A program made the translations under genes and the position numbers. Shown here piece by piece: positions 13,401-31,324 of a stretch of DNA of 64,000 nucleotides (the first letter of the stretch is position 1; the number at the start of each line of letters is the position of its first letter). Under the pieces are notes generated by a model, which was not told the DNA's origin, ran no database searches, and saw nothing but the letters and a program-made list of their open reading frames with translations. Source of the stretch: Macrostomum lignano (taxonomy: Eukaryota); contig NIVC01000433.1 in the NCBI GenBank assembly GCA_002269645.1, positions 131,418 to 195,417 of the forward strand. Reading direction: 5' to 3'.

Positions 13401-13917
13401 GTATTGTTGAAGCGTCTAATGGTGCGTTGCATCATATGATCTTATGTTTTTCGTGTTGCCTGCTGAGACTGAGAGTCTTCAGTATTTCAAAAAGTCCCTG
13501 AAAAAACTCCTGGAGAAAGTTTAGTCTCAAAGGCTACTCAGACATATTTTCTACCTGCTCCTTATTCGTTGGAATTCTAATGGCGGGCTCCGCAACCTGT
13601 TTGAACCGTTGCAGATATTGCAACTCCTGGTAGTGCACATTGCGCCGAACCGTAGCTACACAAGTGATAACACCGTCGCGGCTATCCAGGACATTGTCAA
13701 GACGCAACAGGAAGCTCAAAGCTGGATCGTCAGCGAGAGCTGCGGTCACTTTCTCTTTCAGCTCGGCTAAATAGTTGGCCGACTTGGCGGAGTTACCAGA
13801 AGGGAACAGCGGCGATGCCTGCAGTGGATTTGGAGCCTCCTGGCGCATTGGTGGCGGCAAACCGGTTGCATCGATGTCGAAATAGCGCTGCAACTCCGGT
13901 TCCAGCCAGAATGACAT
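10471..13917 (-). CDS. CK1/VRK-like pseudokinase, 3 exons (13917-13555, 13130-12842, 11096-10471), about 425 aa
   Basis: All introns GT-AG and phase-consistent (0, then 1); total 1278 nt. Motifs VLLK, LREW, FPRPYLFG, SHGCLQPSSF (HRD position), LADFA (DFG position), GAVRFSP, ADLESLVY and LPW match CK1-family landmarks. Confidence 0.75.
11122..12790. repeat. 24-bp minisatellite (GAAACACAGCGATGGAGTGTCAAG) filling pseudokinase intron 2
   Basis: About 69 tandem copies. It accounts for all of the (GNTAMECQ)n, (KHSDGVS)n and (LTLHRCVS)n ORFs. Confidence 0.97.
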
Positions 13918-14444
13918 GCTTGCGATTGCTTGCTGTTTGCTGGCTAAATAGCAAATCGTTAATTTTGATGTGTTCCTACACTTGCAATAACAGCACTCAC
14001 TATTAACGCTTCTGTGTGCTTTTTTTAACTTCTGACTACCATATGCTGTCTATGGGTTTCTGTTGCGACAACTTCTTTTTTGACGACACAAAAAACAGAG
14101 AAGGAAGGAAGGCAACTGACTACTATCCAATTCTGTGAAGCAAGACATATGAATACCTTAACGGCTACAAAACCACATGTAGTTAAGCCAACGAGTTGAT
14201 TTACGCTCGTAAGTGAAGTTAGCAAAGACATCACTGGCTATCAAACTGACAAGGCACGTTCTTATGTCTTAATTCAGCGTAGCCAACTCTAGCGAACTGG
14301 AAAGTACATTATACATGGGTAGCTTTAAAAATTCAGAAATAATGTACCACAATGCGATAGCATGTACATGTAAACTTCACTGTGCCTTGGGGAGGACCAC
14401 CGGGCCACGCTTTATAGTCGATGATAGAGATAAAATTGAGCTTC

Positions 14445-15501
14445 TCATAGCGTCTTCATCACAGTTTTGATCACAGTTTTGAGCACAAAGATCAGGCACT
14501 CAAAATTCTTCATCGAGTAGGATAAAACAAGTGCGCTACGAGATCCAGATGCATTAAGATAGTAATAGAGACCTTGTGTGATAATATTGGGATATTCTCT
14601 GTAGACTCCGCTGGCGTCAATGAATGAGCACTCGCTGTACCACCAGCCAGCGGACCGTCCTTATGTGTGGAGCTGCCTCCGCTCCAGTTGTCATTGTCAG
14701 AGTCTGGAGTGCTGAACTGCCAGTTGTTCGGCGAGAAGTTCGAAGTAGTCATCTGTCCGACACTCGATCTAGTTGAGTCTAGCGGTCTCATCGAGCACCT
14801 GTACTTGTCGCTCGCTGGGCCAACAGAGAACGGAGCATTCTCAGCCCAGTACCAGGTGCCGCTCCAGTCGCTGAACTCCCAGCGGACTCTCCACACTCCA
14901 GTGGCGGTGAGCTGGTGGAGCTGCTCCAGTCCCATCCAGTAGTTGAGACTCTCGCCCTGACCGAATCCGCTCGCGTACTCCGCCCAGCTGCGATTGAAGT
15001 TGACGGAGCCGTCGAGTCTGTGCTGGAAGGTCGTCCAGCACTTCACCGGTTTTCTCATCTGCAATGGGCGATGCGGTGCTACGCTCGTACATTTTGTGCA
15101 CGCATATTGATGCGGTGCTGCATTTCGTGCACGCATATTGATGCGGTGCTGCATTTCGTGCACGCATATTGATGCGATTCTGCAAAGTGCAGAAGCCGCA
15201 AAGCAAAGCTCATCTCACTCACCCACAGCTGAGGCAGGCTGAAGTCGCTGGCGTGCCGGCACTTCCAGCCGGCGTCCATCGCTCCCCAATCGCAGGCCAG
15301 CAGTGAGCAGGAGCCCGAGGATGCGTCGAAGCAGACGGCTTCCGCGTTACCAGCAGAAGTCACGCAGTGAATGTCGTTGACCGCCAGCTTCACCGCCAGC
15401 ACCCAGTACTCGGCCAGGTGGCCTCGCTGGAGACTCCAGCAGGACTTCTCGGCCGTGGCAGCCGCTGCCATGACAGCGCAGATGATGAGCAGAGAATGCA
15501 T
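14445..15501 (-). pseudogene. Secreted fibrinogen-related domain (FReD) protein with Cys-rich N-terminal domain; frameshifted near 14662 (pseudogene or assembly error)
   Basis: Signal peptide MHSLLIICAVMAAAATA. Exon 15501-15223, intron GTGAGT...TTGCAG, exon from 15058. Motifs WTTFQHRLDGSVNFNRSWAEYASGFG, YWMGLEQLHQLT and FSTPDSDNDN; GWWYSECS...GVY continues in a different frame after a TAA. Confidence 0.8.
15090..15176. repeat. 31-bp repeat, about 3 copies, in the FReD intron
   Basis: CATTTCGTGCACGCATATTGATGCGGTGCTG repeated. Confidence 0.85.
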
Positions 15502-16619
15502 CGTGTCGGTAGCAGTTGGCTTGTATTCCGCAGTTTTGAGTCCGTGTGTTGGCTTTTTGGAGGCTTCGCGGCCATTATTATAACTTAAGTTTTGTGTATG
15601 TACGCGCTCGTACATCTGGTTGGCAACCACGAGTGCGCATGCGGATGGAGCGATGAAAATTGAGGTGTCAATTCCCCTGTTCAGATGCAAAAACAATGAG
15701 AAAGAATTGTACTCCCTGCTCAGTTTACAGTAACAAAAAAGCTGGGGGGTAGACTATTGGTGAGGCTTATTGTCATGGTCTCAGTGTGACTGTGGAGCAA
15801 AAGGAGGGAAAAGCTACTGATCAAGTTCGCATGGAACTCCGCAGACTCCGCAGAAGTCTATGGAGAAGAGCATGTCCACCAACCGTTATGAAAGTCCTAA
15901 GGCTACTTAGCCTCATACATGTATAAGGTAGTTAAATGATTTGTAGGAATAAGATGTTTAGCTCTGGCTATTGTCCAAATATTACACTGATTATCGCACT
16001 TCGTCCATGACCTAATCGTACATGTACACAAGCCACATGAAGCATGCTACTCAGTCACACGAACTCATGATACTCATCCACTGTTGTGACCTGTCTATAC
16101 GTAAAAGCGGGATCTGGGACATAGCCTTCCGGGATAAAAGTTAAGGTTATCGCTTTTCGCATTTCCTACAAGCCAATTAACAGAGCAGCTTTCGAATTCT
16201 ACATGTACATGCGGACAAGCACTGGTTGCGCCGTTCGCATAGCCGGACCTGACAGAAAAATTGCCACCGTGATCGATAATACGTTTCCATTCCAAGACAT
16301 TTCGATTGCGTTTTAAACAAAGTGACCGATCGATTTTAAACCCCAAAAATGTTGTCTAATACAATGCACATGCATCCGGCAAAATAATTTGCATAATTTG
16401 AGGGCGGAAGTCCTCAATTTTGATTTCATAGCGACCAATGGAACTATATCTGACCCACGTGATCCTCTCCCAGTTAACTTTGTTTTGATTCCTCCCATGG
16501 ACCAACCCAAGCGGAAAAGCCATGAGTGCCCTGGCTAAGATAAAAAAGGTTAAAAAACTGTGGAATCTTTCCCTTCGTATCTATCTAACTTTTGGCTTGT
16601 TGTCGTTCAGCCGTTTGCA

Positions 16620-16840
16620 GGAGTTCTGTATTCAGCAGTAGACTTGTAAGTACGTACATTTACGTAGTTGCCTATGTATCTATGCATCTATGTATCTATA
16701 AATCTATGTACCGATGTACCTACGAGCGTATGCATCTATGCATCTGTGTAACTATGTATCTATGTACCGACGTAACCTATGTAATCTATGTATGTACACT
16801 TTATCTACCTAGCTTTTATCCCATTCTATCCCATCTATGT
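16620..16840. repeat. Degenerate (TATC/TATG)n microsatellite
   Basis: Visible tetranucleotide periodicity just upstream of the ENaC start. Confidence 0.7.
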
Positions 16841-16881
16841 TTAATATCATGCAGGCGGTCAGTCCAATTCAAAGGCTATCA

Positions 16882-19800
16882 ATGGCGGGGATTCTAGCGG
16901 AGGCCATCGCATCGAGTTCAGCTCACGGCATCAGCCGAGCGGCCGCCACCAGCTACAAAACAGTCCGCGTGATGTGGATTCTGCTGTTCTTCATCTGCCT
17001 GGGAATGTTTCTCAATAGTGGCATCAGTCTGGTGCTCAAACTCAGGGAGAACAACCTGACAGAGGAGTACCACCTGGATCAGGTGCCGTTTGTGCTCCCG
17101 GACCTGTACTTCTGCTCCAGCAACCCCTTCTCTGGCCGTTTTCCGTTCACGCTGACAAAATCAGAGGCCGACTTTTGATGTAACCACGCTCTGGTCGCGG
17201 GATACGGCAGGGGAAATTTTTCAAAAGTACCTCCGATCTCCGTGCACCTCCTGAGCAGAGCCGTCGAGACTGGGCCAGGTCTTTGACCAGGCCTGCTGAC
17301 TCCCGCTCTGCTGCACCCCCTTGATGCCTCGGCTCCGTCTCCCGCGCAGCCACACATGCCTTTCCGGAGCCCCTACCTCTCTGTACCTCACCCGTTCCTC
17401 TATTTCCTATGCGCTCTACCCTATTCATTATGCACTTTTCCCGCTTCCCATCTTTTTGTCTCTTTTTGCACTGTTTTCCTGCGCTGTCCCTCCCTCTTTT
17501 GGTATCTACTGACAGTACTTTGTGCGCTCACCGTCACCCCATTCCTACTAAAACTCCCAAACGGTGACGCAAGTCCTGTGACCCCTCTTTCCCCTCGATG
17601 ACTCATCGATGACTCACCACCCCCTCTTGCGCAATCTTTCTCATGCCATTGTTCTCCTCCCCAGATTTCTCATGCGACACCCACACCACCTCCGCTTCTA
17701 TTGTTCTCGTTTTTGATTCTTTTGTTCTCCTCTTCGCACCCAATTATCACATTTTCCCAGATTTTCTCTTTCTTTTGTTCTCGTTTTCGCACCCAATTAG
17801 CACCTTTTCTCCAATGTTTACTTTTCTATTGTTTTTGATTCTCCCCAATTATCCACGATTTCCATTTCCTTTGTTCTCGACCCCAGCCCCATTGTTCTCA
17901 ATGTTTGCTTGCGCAACACTTTCTCGACCTCCCGCTGCGCCAATTATTCCCCCACCCCACCCGGATTGCGCAATTTTCCCATTTCTCATGTTGCTATGCT
18001 GTTCTCATGCTTGTCATCATGACTCATTCTGACGTCATTCTGCCGGCATCCAATCAGAGAGAGGGAGTCATGGAAACGGCCTTGGAGCGGCGGCTGGGAA
18101 GGCTATATAAGGAAGCGGTTTTCGGCCTGAGAATCCTCAGAAGGCTTTTGTCTTGTCCCTATTGTGGACTTGCCGTCAGACCTCGATCTGACCCGTTCGT
18201 CTATAGGACGAACCTCTGCCGGTCCGCGGTCTGTTACCGCCAAGTTATCTTCAGCTCCCCAAACGAGTTCATTTGCCGGCCCGCGATCTGTTACCGCCAA
18301 TCATCTTCAGCATCGCCTGAACTACATCAGCGCCTCGTCGCTTCAGCGCATCGCCGCTTCACTGCCTGCCCGACTGCAGCCAACGGCCGCCCACGGTCAC
18401 TCCGTCGCTCTCTCTCTCTGTGCAGCCGCCGGTAAGTTCCTGTTACTAATTGTGCTCTAATTGCCTTTGCTTATCCGGGGTTCGCCTATTTTCCATTGCT
18501 TGATTAGAGAGCAGAGCCAATTGTGATACCGTATCTTTTGCTGTATTTATTTAATAGTGAAGCCGCCTAATTGCCTGATTATTTCGCCTAAGGGCCTAAT
18601 TATTAACTATTACTAACCTCCTCATTACTCACTCGTTCACCATCATTTCACTCATGGCTTGCTAAGCCTTTCCCCCGGGGTGGCAAAGCATAAGGAAGTT
18701 TGGGTAAGCTAATGGCCTCTCCCTGTGCAAAGCCCGCCTGTGTGTGCGTGCTGCGGGTCTGCGTGTGCGGGCAGTAGAGGGATTAGCGAGTCTTGGCACA
18801 GCATGGCAGTAGGAAGGTTGCAACCCCATGCTGACGCGTCCCTTCGCCCTGAGAAATCTAAACTATAGACAGTACATGTTCGCCTCACACTACTCTTAGT
18901 AATCAAAGCCGCAAGTCAGCCTCGCTCACAGCCACAAAGGATCCCCTGCTGAGAAATCCTCCAGATTGAGCCCAGAGTTCCCGATCATGCCCCAAGCAAA
19001 GACCCTGTACTCGGCTGCATGTGTCTCCCCTGTTAGCCTAAATCCCCTGGTAACCAATCCAGACGGGGCTCTATAGCCTCGAGAGGTCTGGTAGTAAGAT
19101 CCAGGTGCGCCAGGTCACATAGAGTGGTGGCAGCCACTCGGTCATGCTCTGACTGAGTGACCAACTATTGCACCTTGGCTACAGGTGGGGTCCATGTGGG
19201 TCCTTGGCCCTCTGGTCACGAAAGCGCTACCGAAGCTATCAATCATGTGGGCGGGACAGTCTGGTGCTGGAGGTCCGTCAGGTCATTGCCCGATCATAGG
19301 CAGCCTACGGTCATTGCCCCCTCTGGTCATGCGTTCGTCTCTCAACGGAGCGGACGGGCGACAAGGGCGGCTACATCACTTTCTAGATGCTGAAGTGCAG
19401 CGGCTTATCGATGTAGTTGACAGGATTTATGGCTACAAATCAAAACCCATATTTGCATCTGTGCGGGCATTTCTCTTTACATACGGCGTGCAGGCGGCAT
19501 TCCCTCATCATCTGCTGAAAAAGTACCTTCTGGTGAGAAAGGAGCAAGCGATTTTGGGAGCCACAGTTGGCGAAGGCACTCGCATTGAAAAAGTTGAAGT
19601 GAAGACAGTCGACAGCCCCGAGAATTTGATATGCTTCCAGCCGGTTCTGAGTGACCAGCACAAACAGATGTTGGTCAATTCCAGTGACGTACTGGAGATC
19701 CACTTAATGACGGATCCATATTTCCCGGATTTTAATTATTCTGGCTACTCAATGCGGCCAATTTCTGACGAGCAGAACAAATCTTATTCCTTCCTGGACT

Positions 19801-20689
19801 GGCACCCAAGCAAGGTAATTAGCCAGTTAAAAGCTTCCGGTTTCTCCATGCTAATCGTTCTTCCAGGCGCGTATTCGTCGCTAAAGTACGAAAATAATTT
19901 CCTCATGGCTCCCGGGAACGAGTACACAGCTGAGCATGCTAGAGAACTCCTGCAGTGAGGATCTTTACAACACACACTGCCACAGCGACCGATCGCCCGT
20001 GGTCTTCGCCAACTCACTGACTCGAAGGCAGGCAGAATTCACCTACAGCACCGCCGCCTACCTCTACGAGCAAATTAACAGCATTTTGATTGACAGGCTT
20101 GCAGCTGCCACGCCAATGTGCCGCACCCGTTGCCATGGCGATACCGTGACGCTCCCTGGCTTTAAAAAGTTTGCTGAAAGCGAAGATTTGCAAGAAATCG
20201 CCATGCAGAACGCGACGGACTATTGCAAAAGCAGGATACCCTGCTCATATCCGGAGTACAGCGCCAGCTTCTCATTCAGCAAGTGTCCCGGGCTCGGCAG
20301 CTCAACCGCAAAATTCTTTGCAAATTACGAAAATCGTCACTGGATACGTCACTGGATTCACCAAAGTTAGCAAGGAGATGGCGCCTGCGCTTCACCAGCT
20401 GATTGCAGTTGCAAAGCAGATCGATAGCGGCATTCACTCCGCTCATCTAGAGGGCATCTTTCGAAACTACGTAGCGGACTCCATGCTCAATGTCAAGATA
20501 TTCATAGCGTCGATCAAGTCGCCTCAGATCATGCTCACCTGGGCCTACACGTTCACAGATTTCCTGGCTGACACGGGCGGCCTGCTGGGCCTGTACATCG
20601 GCTGCAGTGTGCTCACCCTGTGCGAGCTGCTTTCAAGAGCTCCTCCACCACAGCGCGCTAGTCTTGCTCAAGTGAAAATCCGACGCTAG
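16882..20689 (+). pseudogene. DEG/ENaC (amiloride-sensitive sodium channel family) gene, interrupted by an insertion at 17176-19378 and two further frameshifts (near 19930 and near 20330)
   Basis: N-terminal SSAHGI (HG motif), TM1, PDLYFCSSNPF. C-terminal FLADTGGLLGLYIGCSVLTLCE (TM2 with GxS filter). Removing the insertion gives in-frame ...SEADF-LDAEVQRL.... The three downstream ORF segments lie in three different frames. Confidence 0.85.
17176..19378. mobile_element. 2203-bp LTR-like insertion (probable solo LTR or non-autonomous element) with 4-bp TSD CTTT
   Basis: Termini TGATGTAACC...GGCTACATCA form a 9/10 inverted repeat with TG...CA ends. CTTT lies at 17172-17175 and 19379-19382. Internal TATA-like CTATATAAG near 18103, donor-like GGTAAGT near 18431, and an internal direct repeat at about 18218-18312. 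Confidence 0.85.
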
Positions 20690-21399
20690 ACGCTCAGGTG
20701 CAGCCGAGGAGCCTGAAGATGAAGCTGCTAAAATGAAGGTCATTACGGTCCCTGAAAGTAGCAGCCAAACTGCCTGATCTCAGAGACTTTGTATGGAAAA
20801 GATGTGATAAATACTTTCTAAGCACTGCAGGAAGTTCACACCCAAACTCATCTGTTTAACCAAAGTGTTTAAAAGCTTGCTCCTTTCAGCGAGATTTATT
20901 ATGTCAGTAAGAACTAATCTTATAGAAATGCTGGTAATTAGTGTGAAAATTAAACCTTTTTAATAAGTTTCTGCGAAAAAAAACTCTAGCTGTTAAATGC
21001 TTGATTTAGCATGTTTCGACGTAGTTTCCTGTCTATTATCGAGCATAGTTGTAGTATTATCGAGAAAGCGGCTTTTACACCAGTATATGTCAGATAGTAG
21101 TATAACTATGTCACTCGAAATTAAAGTTATAAATAAGCACAGCGTCTACTCTTTTCTAGTAGTTTTTTGCGCAGTGTCACATAAATTTAATTTGGCAGCT
21201 AAAATTCTTCCACACTTGTACACGTACTTTTTGTTTCATGCTTACCCATGGAAATTATTTAAGTTTTCTAAAATAGATTAGTGCAGCAATATCGTCACAG
21301 ATTGTCAGCCCCTATAGAAGCTAACAGATAAGAACAATAGCACCGCAGCTCTCATCTTGAGCGAGCCATTCTTCTTCTCAGACAAACTGCCCGTCCAAG

Positions 21400-22130
21400 C
21401 GCATAATCCAGCAGCGGTGGCAGATCTTGTGCGAGATGCAGGAACCTGATGGAGTCGCCCTCGGCAGCCAGCAACAGGTTTGGTGCTCTCGGCGTAGTGC
21501 TGCAGTTGGCGAACCAGATTTCCTTGCGACTTGGCCTGATCGTCCTCTGCGCATGCGTTTAGTACGCTCTCGGCTTTTGACTCGAAATCGCTGCGGGAAT
21601 CGGGGGGGGGGATGGTAGTCAGCTTGTTGATTGTCGTCAAGGGGCTTTCTGCACTGTAGAAAAGCCACTAGGTGCTGGCGCCCCCTGCTTCTACGAGTCT
21701 ACGGGCATTGCGGCGCTGCTCCTTCGTGTTACAAGGAATTACATGTATTGTACTTCTACCGGCGGTCTTGTGCCAAGTGCACTGGAGGACATGGCGCGAC
21801 ACAGAACGCTGGCTTCTGCAGCATTTCGGTTCGGTACGTCTGTATGAGAACTGTCAGTGTCCCGCACTTTCATACCGACTGAGGGGTACATTTATTGGTT
21901 TAATTATTCCAAGCTGCTGATCGAGTCAGTCCTGAGTCTTTTTACAACGTTCAAAGGTGACCCTGACCAACCATGCAGAATTGCTATGCATGCTGGACTG
22001 CAATATGCTGCCTTCTGCGTGTCACTACTGACTCGCTTCCTCTTCTAACATCACCTACGAGGAGCTGTATCGCCGGGCCCAGCTCCACCTAAAATCTGCC
22101 CACTGCGCGCGCACCCGTTACTGTCAATCT
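21400..22130 (+). mobile_element. Degenerate non-LTR retrotransposon (RTE-like) reverse-transcriptase C-terminal remnant
   Basis: Broken frames give IVLC...YALG..EIAAGIG, GGLVPSALEDMARHRTLASAAF, IESVL, MHAGLQYAAFCV and NITYEELYRRAQL. From recall these resemble the post-YADD and thumb region of RTE-type LINEs. Many stops and indels. Confidence 0.55.
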
Positions 22131-23705
22131 GTTTCTGGCTAAAGCCGAAATCTCTGATTTTCCTTGGATATTATTTTTACACAATTAGCGTTTTTAGAGC
22201 GTATTTTAGTGTTTTTGAACTTAATGTCCAACCGGCAGCCTATCATAAAAAACGGGTGCTGGTCTGTTAACTAAAACAATCTTAGAAGTAAGTCAAAACT
22301 TATTTCCTTTGAGAAGTTGAACATGCTTACATTTTTCTTTAAATAGCAGTACGCTCAAAAATGTTTGTTAAAATAACTTGATTTACAACACATGCTTGCA
22401 AGTTGTTCTAGTCCGAATATTTTGTGTTTTAAACGAACTTAACGTTGACTGGCTTCAAGTCCCCGTTGTTGTCACAACCAGCGCAGACAGCACTTGGCGT
22501 ATGTGCCACTGCCAGTGGTGGCGGCGTGTGGCGTCTCGCATGTCTTGGATTCAGACCAGACTCTATTTAATGTTCATACTCATATTATATATTGTCTTTT
22601 TGTATGCTTCCAAATTTGATCTATAGGCTACTACAGTACAGTACAGCTACTACAGCTGTATAGACATTTTAAAAAGGCCTTATATAGTGCTATACAATGT
22701 AGGCAATCTACAATGAATAAACAATTGTCATTTGTCAATGTATGCATAAATTGATAATATTTTTGTCTTTTTCACATTTGAATCAAAGCCCATTTTTCAT
22801 AGATTAAAATAGAGAAAACTTGTGTTTTGTATCTATATAGGCTAAAAAAGGCCTATAGGCCTAATTGTAATTAAATTCAAAATATATTCAAAACATGGTG
22901 TATAATTATGCTAGAAAACTGCTAGAAATTTTTGTTTGAGGGGCCTATTGCATTTGTAATAGATAGCCTGATAGGCCTAGGGCTAGGGCCCTAGGGCCTA
23001 GGCTACTAAAATAGACATTTAAATTTTCATGTCTTGTCTTCTAAATTATCAACTATTTTTTAATCTCAAAACTAAAAATTAATATCAAGATAGTCAAGTC
23101 AAGATATATAAATTTCTGAAGTAGGCATATTCATTATAAACAATTAGTCTCCTAAGATATTCAAACAAATACTATAATATATATTATATACAGCAATTTT
23201 AATAACTTACATTATATGTGCATAACTACAAAGTTGCCAACTGTCTTCCATAGCTACCAAAAATATTGTTGACTATTATGCAATATAATCATATTTCAAT
23301 CAAAATATGATAACTACTTAATTTTTAAAAAAGCAATTAATTTACTTTCTAAGCCAACAATGCAAACCAATGTATTCATATCTTTAAAGATTCCCATTAT
23401 CTGCCTTTATTCACATATTCAAGTGTAGACTTTAATATTTTTTAAAATTATTTTCTCTTTATTCAATAGCTAGCCTCCTATCTTACAACTGACTAATATA
23501 CCTTAGCCCTTGGCCCCAATTATTTCTTTCCTAATGCCCAATGAATATTGAGGCCTTATTTTTACATTTCTTCATTCTCATATAAAGACATCCAAGAGGC
23601 AGTTTTCAGTATAGGTATAAATACTTAGTACCCAAAATTTCTAAAGTTGCATCTTAAGAATAATTTTTCAACTCCCCTAAGATACAAAATGAAAAGATCC
23701 TATGA

Positions 23706-29729
<6,024 letters not shown>

Positions 29730-30284
29730 ATTAATGTTTTATTCATACTCATGTTTTAAACTTATTTTTTTCATATTTTATTAGCTCCGCAGTCAAACTA
29801 ATTTTGTTGATATTCATTTTGTTTTAAAATCATAAAAACAACATGAAACGCATTTAAGATAATTTGTTATTATCATATTTATACGTACGAATATAAGTTT
29901 CTAATTGCATTAGGTTAGCAATAATTGCCAAATTAATATTAATAATTTCATTATGCACATTTGTTCTGTCTAATTAACTGTTCCAGTCGCATTTCTGTCG
30001 GGCTCGAACTGAAGAACACAAAGGTGCAATTTCAAGTTTTACAAATTTAACTGTTTGCTTACTTATTTTCTATAAGTTTATAACTATATTAATGCAAGTA
30101 AGTGGTATTTGTTATAGTTAGTTCGCCTGCTGAGGTATAAATATACGTACCGGTGTACTTTTCAATCGTTTGTACTGTTGTAAATGCAGGCGGTGCTTGT
30201 AGTTTCCATTTTTGCTTTAAATTTAAAATTATACTAGGTTGTACTGCACAGTCAACGAATCCTCATTGACTTTGAGGTTCTATG

Positions 30285-31110
30285 AAACTCCGAAATCCCC
30301 AAAGCTACAAAATCTCCAAAAAGCTAAGAAATCCCCAAAAAGCTACAAAAATCCCCAAAAAGCTAAGAAATCCCCAAAAAGCTACATAAATCCCCAAAAA
30401 GCTAAGAAATCCCCAAAAAGCTACAAAAATCCAAAAAGCTACAAAATCCCCAAAAAGCTACAAATTTCCCAAAAAGTTACGAATTCCCCAGAAAGCTACA
30501 AATTTCCCAAAAAGCTACAAAATCCCCAAAAAGCTACAAATTTCCCAAAAAGTTACGAATTCCCCAAAAAGCTACAAATTTCCCAAAAAGCTACAAAATC
30601 CCCAGAGCTACAAAATCCCCAAAAAGCTACGAAATCCCCAAAGCTACAAATTTCCCAAAAAGCTACAAATTCCCCAAAAAGCTACAAATTCCCCAAAAAG
30701 CTACAAAATCCCCAAAAGCTACAAATTTCCCAAAAAAGCTACAAATTCCCCAAAAAGCTACAAATTCCCCAAAAAGCTACAAAATCCCCAAAAGCTACAA
30801 ATTTCCCAAAAAGCTACAAATTTCCTAAAAAGCTACGAAATTCCCAAAAAGCTACGAATTTCCAAAAAGCTACAAATTTCCTAAAAAGCTACAAAATTCC
30901 CAAAAAGCTACGAAATCCCCAAAAAGCTACAAATTTCCCAAAAAGCTACAAATTTCCCAAAAAGCTACAAAATCCCCAAAAAGCTACAAATTTCCCAAAA
31001 AAGCTACAAATTTCCTAAAAAGCTACGAAATCCCCAAAAAGCTACGAAATCCCCAAAAAGCTACGAAATCCCCAAAAAGCTACAAATCCCCAGAGCTGCA
31101 AATTCGCCAA
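30285..31110. repeat. About 19-bp minisatellite (AAAAGCTACAAATTTCCCA)
   Basis: Tandem degenerate copies. The 259-aa K/P/S-rich ORF is a repeat artefact. Confidence 0.93.
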
Positions 31111-31324
31111 ATCGACGAAATCCCCCGAAAGTATAAGATGAAAATTCCACGACTAACAAAGCCAATAAATTTCCAAATCTCATAGACTCAGGAATCGCTC
31201 CTAAAAAAGAATTCGAAAGCCAAGCCTGACTGCATTGTCAACTGACTGTGTCGGAAACGGAAAGCCGAAAGCAACTGAAAATCTTGTCTGCAAATGTCTG
31301 CTGTATTTAATTTTCCACTGACTT

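Noticed and set aside
17905-18435. 176-aa ORF inside the insertion as gag or transposase
   Set aside because: No zinc knuckle, DDE, RT or recombinase motif; it overlaps a TATA-like box and an internal repeat.
21305-21668. Minus-strand ORFs as a host gene
   Set aside because: Better explained as the antisense of the decayed RT-like sequence on plus; no coherent exon chain.
30239-31018. 259-aa Lys/Pro-rich histone H1-like ORF
   Set aside because: The frame drifts through a 19-bp DNA repeat; periodicity is at the nucleotide level, not the codon level.
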